Positions 35,516 to 39,433 of a stretch of 39,433 nucleotides of DNA are shown here, piece after piece. A model generated the notes under the pieces. The model ran no database searches, was not told where the DNA came from, and worked only from the letters and a program-made list of their open reading frames with translations. The stretch is taken from positions 1-39,433 of the IMG/VR virus record IMGVR_UViG_3300036982_000905; one strand, 5' to 3'. Every line of letters starts with the position of its first letter. Position 1 is the stretch's first letter. The position numbers and the translations under genes were made by a program. The stretch is from a virus (taxonomy: Duplodnaviria > Caudoviricetes).

Positions 35516-37561
35516 TTACTTCCTATAGAATTTTGAAACCATAGTTTCGTAAGAGAGAGGAAAGCCTGACATCCAGTTTAGGGGTGTTTTGCATATATCT
35601 TCGATAAGCTGTTTGTTAAAATTAAGAGTTTCGTCTAAAGACTCTACGCCGATTTCATCATGAACATGCAAAACGATCTTAGCAAGCTTGAGCTTGCCAG
35701 AAATTTCTAACATATGCTCAGCAAGTAGGTCTCTACATAAGCCTTGAATGATATTCTCCAGTATTTTCCCACCATGGAAATCCTTCTCTTCAACTTGCAA
35801 AGAGTAGTTTGGGCTACCCCATGGCATCTCTCCCTCTGTTACTGTCAATTCGTGATAGAATAGCGGCCTGCCGTTTGGGAGAACTAAAGAAAGACAGTTG
35901 CTATCTCTGAATGGAAGTTTAGCTACATATCTAATTTGCATGTCCCAAATCAGGTCGACTACGCAATCTTCGTTCTGTCTGACACAAGCGATGAAACTAT
36001 CGTTGAGGTAAGCCCATAGTTTTTTTAACGTTGGGTATTTTTCACGATAGACTTTTACAATGCGAGCACATTCTTCTTCGTGAGTTGCAGTGACTTCTTT
36101 ATGCCAGGTCTCTAATTCAGCACCCTCATTTACGTCGTATGTAAGGATGTCTTCATATCTAGCTAAATCAACCCCATCTTTTTTAGTCGTCGCGTAGAAC
36201 TTATCTTTACCCATTGCGTACGCTAGGCCCAAGTGGGCCGTCTTACCTGCGACACGCTCAGGGGACTTGCTGTTAAGGCTCTCAACAGGCACATCATAAA
36301 TATCAGCGGCTAAATCCAAATAGGAGTCAATTCCAGGGGTAAAGAAATTATTAAAATGTCTCTCAACAGACTCATCTTTTAACTCAAAATGCTCTAGATA
36401 TTTCATTAACATATAAAACACAGCCCTATGCTCAATTTGGCTGTAGTCTAAGATGATAAAAGAAGAATCCGCACCTGTAGCAATTAAATTTCTAAGAAAA
36501 GATTTAGGGTCTTTTTCATCTTTTGTTCTCGGAAAATTGTGCGGCTGAACTCCGTAGCCAGCCCATCTGCCTGTGCGCGCTTCTGCGTATTGAAAAGCTC
36601 CGTAAATACGTCCCTCAACTTCTCTCGCAAGCACATCTTCAGCTTTTGCAAGTGAGCTCTTTCTCACGTTTTCACGTAAATCAAGCACCTGAGCTACTTC
36701 TGCCGGTGCACCTGACAAATTATCTGTAAATGAGCTAATCTCATATCCAAAGCGGTTCTTAATAAACTTTTTAATCTCTGCATCTTGTGTAAGTGAGGGA
36801 AGATTAAAGTCATCAAAAAGTTGACAAAATTTAAGCTGAGAATTCGCTTTTTCCTCCTCCGCTACTTCTGATATTTTTGCTGCAAGGTCGAGGTTAACTG
36901 GAAATCCTGTCCGGTTGATTTCAAGGTCCAGAGTTTGGATTTTAAAATCATTGTTCTTGATTCTGAAAAGTTTCGCAAAGTCTTGTTGTGCGAAAAATAG
37001 ACACTCAAGCGTTTTGACATCCTGCACGCAATATTCAAGCATCTCGGTTTCGAGAGCGTCATCATAATTACGTTCTCCTGTTTTCTTATCGGGAATAGAG
37101 AGTTTTTCGATTAAATCTTTTCCTTTTCTACTCTTTTTGGTATTCAGCCCAAACCATTCAGAAGCGTAGCCAAGTGAGCTTTTTTTCTTCACCTGGTTCA
37201 AAAAAGCTTGTCTTTTTTTTGTACAGATTAACTTCTTGTTTGCGTCGATTTCTAAAAAATTATATTTCTTTTCTAAGATTTGGATATAAATTTCTAAATC
37301 GAACTCAATGTTATGGGCTATGATGAACTGTGCTTGCTTAAAGTGAACGGGGAAACCTTCTTCTTTAAAACAGTTCAATTCTATTTCATTAGTAAGTGTG
37401 TGTCTGTTTAAGTAGTACTCCGCGACTTTATTACGCTGAGCATCTATAAAACTAAACACCCCACAGATAACATCGGCGTCGGGGTGACGAGCGTATTTCT
37501 GTACGCCAGTATTAATTAAATTAACTGGAGAATAGGTTTCAAAGTCCATGAAAAGATACAT
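35516..37561 (-). CDS. polA: DNA polymerase family A with 3'-5' exonuclease
   Basis: Exo DFETYS, AHNIEFD, YCVQDV; RTGRWAG; motif A DYSQIEHR; motif B R..GK..LG..Y; motif C HVHDEI. Confidence 0.95.
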   Translation of the reverse strand: MYLFMDFETYSPVNLINTGVQKYARHPDADVICGVFSFIDAQRNKVAEYYLNRHTLTNEIELNCFKEEGFPVHFKQAQFIIAHNIEFDLEIYIQILEKKYNFLEIDANKKLICTKKRQAFLNQVKKKSSLGYASEWFGLNTKKSRKGKDLIEKLSIPDKKTGERNYDDALETEMLEYCVQDVKTLECLFFAQQDFAKLFRIKNNDFKIQTLDLEINRTGFPVNLDLAAKISEVAEEEKANSQLKFCQLFDDFNLPSLTQDAEIKKFIKNRFGYEISSFTDNLSGAPAEVAQVLDLRENVRKSSLAKAEDVLAREVEGRIYGAFQYAEARTGRWAGYGVQPHNFPRTKDEKDPKSFLRNLIATGADSSFIILDYSQIEHRAVFYMLMKYLEHFELKDESVERHFNNFFTPGIDSYLDLAADIYDVPVESLNSKSPERVAGKTAHLGLAYAMGKDKFYATTKKDGVDLARYEDILTYDVNEGAELETWHKEVTATHEEECARIVKVYREKYPTLKKLWAYLNDSFIACVRQNEDCVVDLIWDMQIRYVAKLPFRDSNCLSLVLPNGRPLFYHELTVTEGEMPWGSPNYSLQVEEKDFHGGKILENIIQGLCRDLLAEHMLEISGKLKLAKIVLHVHDEIGVESLDETLNFNKQLIEDICKTPLNWMSGFPLSYETMVSKFYRK

Positions 37562-37592
37562 AAATGACCATCCTTGTGTTTTAGCTTTAGAT

Positions 37593-37626
37593 AAAAGAAA
37601 GGGACCGAGACTTAAAAATTCTCGGT
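37593..37626 (-). terminator. Terminator/attenuator after the SSB gene
   Basis: ACCGAGA-atttttaag-TCTCGGT then CCCTTTCTTTT on - strand. Confidence 0.55.
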
Positions 37627-38457
37627 GTAATCATCTATGTCGTCTCTAGCTATTCTCTTTTGTACTGCTGCAGCTCTTTTTGGAGCTTTAAAATCGGGGA
37701 CGTCGTCTTCAATAACTTTTTTCTGAGGGATCTTAAACATGCATTCAGCTTCATCGTCAGAGTCGACTTTATCAAAGCCGCCAAGAGCGCGTCTGTAATC
37801 AATTTCAGGGGTAGCACGAATGAACTGCACAGAATTCATGTATGCAACAAGAGAACCACCGACCTCTTTGTCTTTTGAACCGAATGCTGGAGCGCGCTTA
37901 ATCACTAAACGCAGTTTACCCTTGAAGCTTGGCGCAAAGAATTCATCAGATTGGGGGGTCAGGATTTGATTATCACGGTCAAAGATACGAGGTGGGAACT
38001 TGGTGCTTGCACGGGCATAGAAGTAAAAAAGGCCGTCGAGGTAATCCATAGCTGGATTATAAGCCTTTTTACCTGGAGCCGCTGTCTTGGTGGTTTTTGC
38101 TTTGCGCTCTGCACGCTCGTCTTGGGCTTTTTTCTCAGCGATAATCTCGCTACCGACTTTAATGCAGTCAGTCACAATTTGACTAGGATGTGTACCCTCA
38201 GGCGCAAAAAGAGGGTGAAACTGATCAACATGGTCGACAAGATTATCACACTCAGTTTGCAGCTCTCTCAAGAATTCTTGTGCGCCAGAGAAGCTCAAAT
38301 CAAACAACGCACGGATGCTATGGCGAGGCTCGCCTTGGTCTTTGCCATCAGCTTGAAAACAAGCAGGGGTAACAAGAGAAGCGCTATCGAGGATACAGTA
38401 TGGAGTTGTAACTTCTAACTGATTTTTAGATTGATTGTATTGAATTTGATAAGACAT
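37612..38457 (-). CDS. ssDNA-binding protein (DUF2815/T7 gp2.5-like)
   Basis: Between nuclease and polA; PPRIFD, YMNSVQFIR, LGG; acidic tail ending in F. Confidence 0.7.
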   Translation of the reverse strand: MSYQIQYNQSKNQLEVTTPYCILDSASLVTPACFQADGKDQGEPRHSIRALFDLSFSGAQEFLRELQTECDNLVDHVDQFHPLFAPEGTHPSQIVTDCIKVGSEIIAEKKAQDERAERKAKTTKTAAPGKKAYNPAMDYLDGLFYFYARASTKFPPRIFDRDNQILTPQSDEFFAPSFKGKLRLVIKRAPAFGSKDKEVGGSLVAYMNSVQFIRATPEIDYRRALGGFDKVDSDDEAECMFKIPQKKVIEDDVPDFKAPKRAAAVQKRIARDDIDDYTENF

Positions 38458-38501
38458 AAAGTTTCCTTAAAATAAATGGTAAAGTGTGTAAAAAATAAAA
38501 A

Positions 38502-39433
38502 CTAAAACAATTCGTCAGTAGCGGTTTTTAACTCATGCGCCTCCTTTATTTTTAAACTTTTTGCCTTATCTTTGGTGACGATGAGGTCTGCGGGGACCTC
38601 CGCAAGCTTTTTGATTTGAGCAACTGACAAGAGTTTCTTTTGGTAGAAGTCACTTTTGTCTTTGCCGCTTATTTCTGAAAGCTTACTTGCGATCTCATCT
38701 TCATTCAAATCATCTGTCCAATTCTGAATAGAACCATTAGATTTAAGATTGCACCAGTCATAGAATCCACCTTTTTGTAGGTTTTTCTTAAAAAAAGTTT
38801 CACTATCCTCTAGCACGTACTCAATCAATTTTTTATTCATCATCAGAAATTTTCGAAACTGAAACATATCAGGCTCGCTCAATTGCTGCAAGTCAGTCTC
38901 TGTTATTTTTTTGACAGACTCAGAAACTTGCTGAATTAACGCAGGGCATTCTTCTCTGTAAGAGCACCATTTGCAGGCTGTTGGGGAGGGTTGATATTGT
39001 TTCAGATGGGCCTTCATGATCATGTTATCTAAGTCCACATCTTCAAAAACATCTAGGTCAATTGAGTCAACATCAGTTAGCTTCAATCTTCCATCTTGGA
39101 AAATACCTACTTTTACATTGAAATCACCTAGCTCATTCACGCCCCATAAATTATACTCGTCATTGCATAGAGCAACATAACCAAGTAGCTGAGGATTATT
39201 TTTCGGTTCGACACTTACATAGCCAAATTTGTAGTCAATAATATAGAAAGTCTTTGTGTATTTACTTACATAAATTAAATCGGGTTTTCCGATTAAAGTC
39301 CAATGTGGTAGGTCACATGAATTATTAAACTCTGTTTTTGATTCTAATCTTTCTTCACAAACACAATCTTCAAAGCTAAAATTAGGCTCTATCTTTAAAA
39401 ACTCTTGCCTTAATTCCTCCGCTGCAACAGAGC
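38502..39433 (-). CDS. Cas4-like PD-(D/E)xK nuclease (DUF2800-like), 5' end beyond the window edge
   Basis: Frame is open past the tracked start to 39431: EERL, GKPDL, IIDYKFG, NPQLLGY, CKWC..EECP. Confidence 0.85.
   Translation of the reverse strand, partial: SVAAEELRQEFLKIEPNFSFEDCVCEERLESKTEFNNSCDLPHWTLIGKPDLIYVSKYTKTFYIIDYKFGYVSVEPKNNPQLLGYVALCNDEYNLWGVNELGDFNVKVGIFQDGRLKLTDVDSIDLDVFEDVDLDNMIMKAHLKQYQPSPTACKWCSYREECPALIQQVSESVKKITETDLQQLSEPDMFQFRKFLMMNKKLIEYVLEDSETFFKKNLQKGGFYDWCNLKSNGSIQNWTDDLNEDEIASKLSEISGKDKSDFYQKKLLSVAQIKKLAEVPADLIVTKDKAKSLKIKEAHELKTATDELF

Noticed and set aside
1-39433. Stop-codon reassignment, introns or inteins
   Set aside because: All core genes are full length and tightly coupled under the standard bacterial code
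1-39433. Host assignment
   Set aside because: Low GC and the lysis genes suggest a Gram-negative host, but nothing in the sequence identifies it

Overview
An AT-rich tailed-phage (myovirus) genome or near-complete genome with two divergent arms. The + arm (592-25772) is a compact late operon: terminases, DUF1073-type portal, DUF2213 protease/scaffold, DUF2184-type capsid, DUF3383 sheath, tube, chaperones with a -1 frameshift site, tape measure with a lytic transglycosylase, baseplate, two fibres and holin candidates. The gene order resembles Bcep781/AP22-like myoviruses. The - arm (39433 to 25773) holds a Cas4-like nuclease, SSB, family A DNA polymerase, primase-helicase, about 25 small early genes, a GH24 endolysin and a membrane protein ending in a beta-barrel-like C-terminus. 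I saw no integrase, repressor, tRNA or CRISPR array. The most notable observations are: a candidate new spanin architecture (inner-membrane anchor plus outer-membrane beta-signal); a promoter-sRNA-terminator-promoter-membrane gene cassette with paired palindromes; a shared AAGGAYG motif in early/replication leaders; a repeat-rich divergent control region; a beta-propeller-tipped fibre; an 11-bp duplication that switches off one gene; and two gene remnants. Family names come from motifs recognised by eye, not from database searches.
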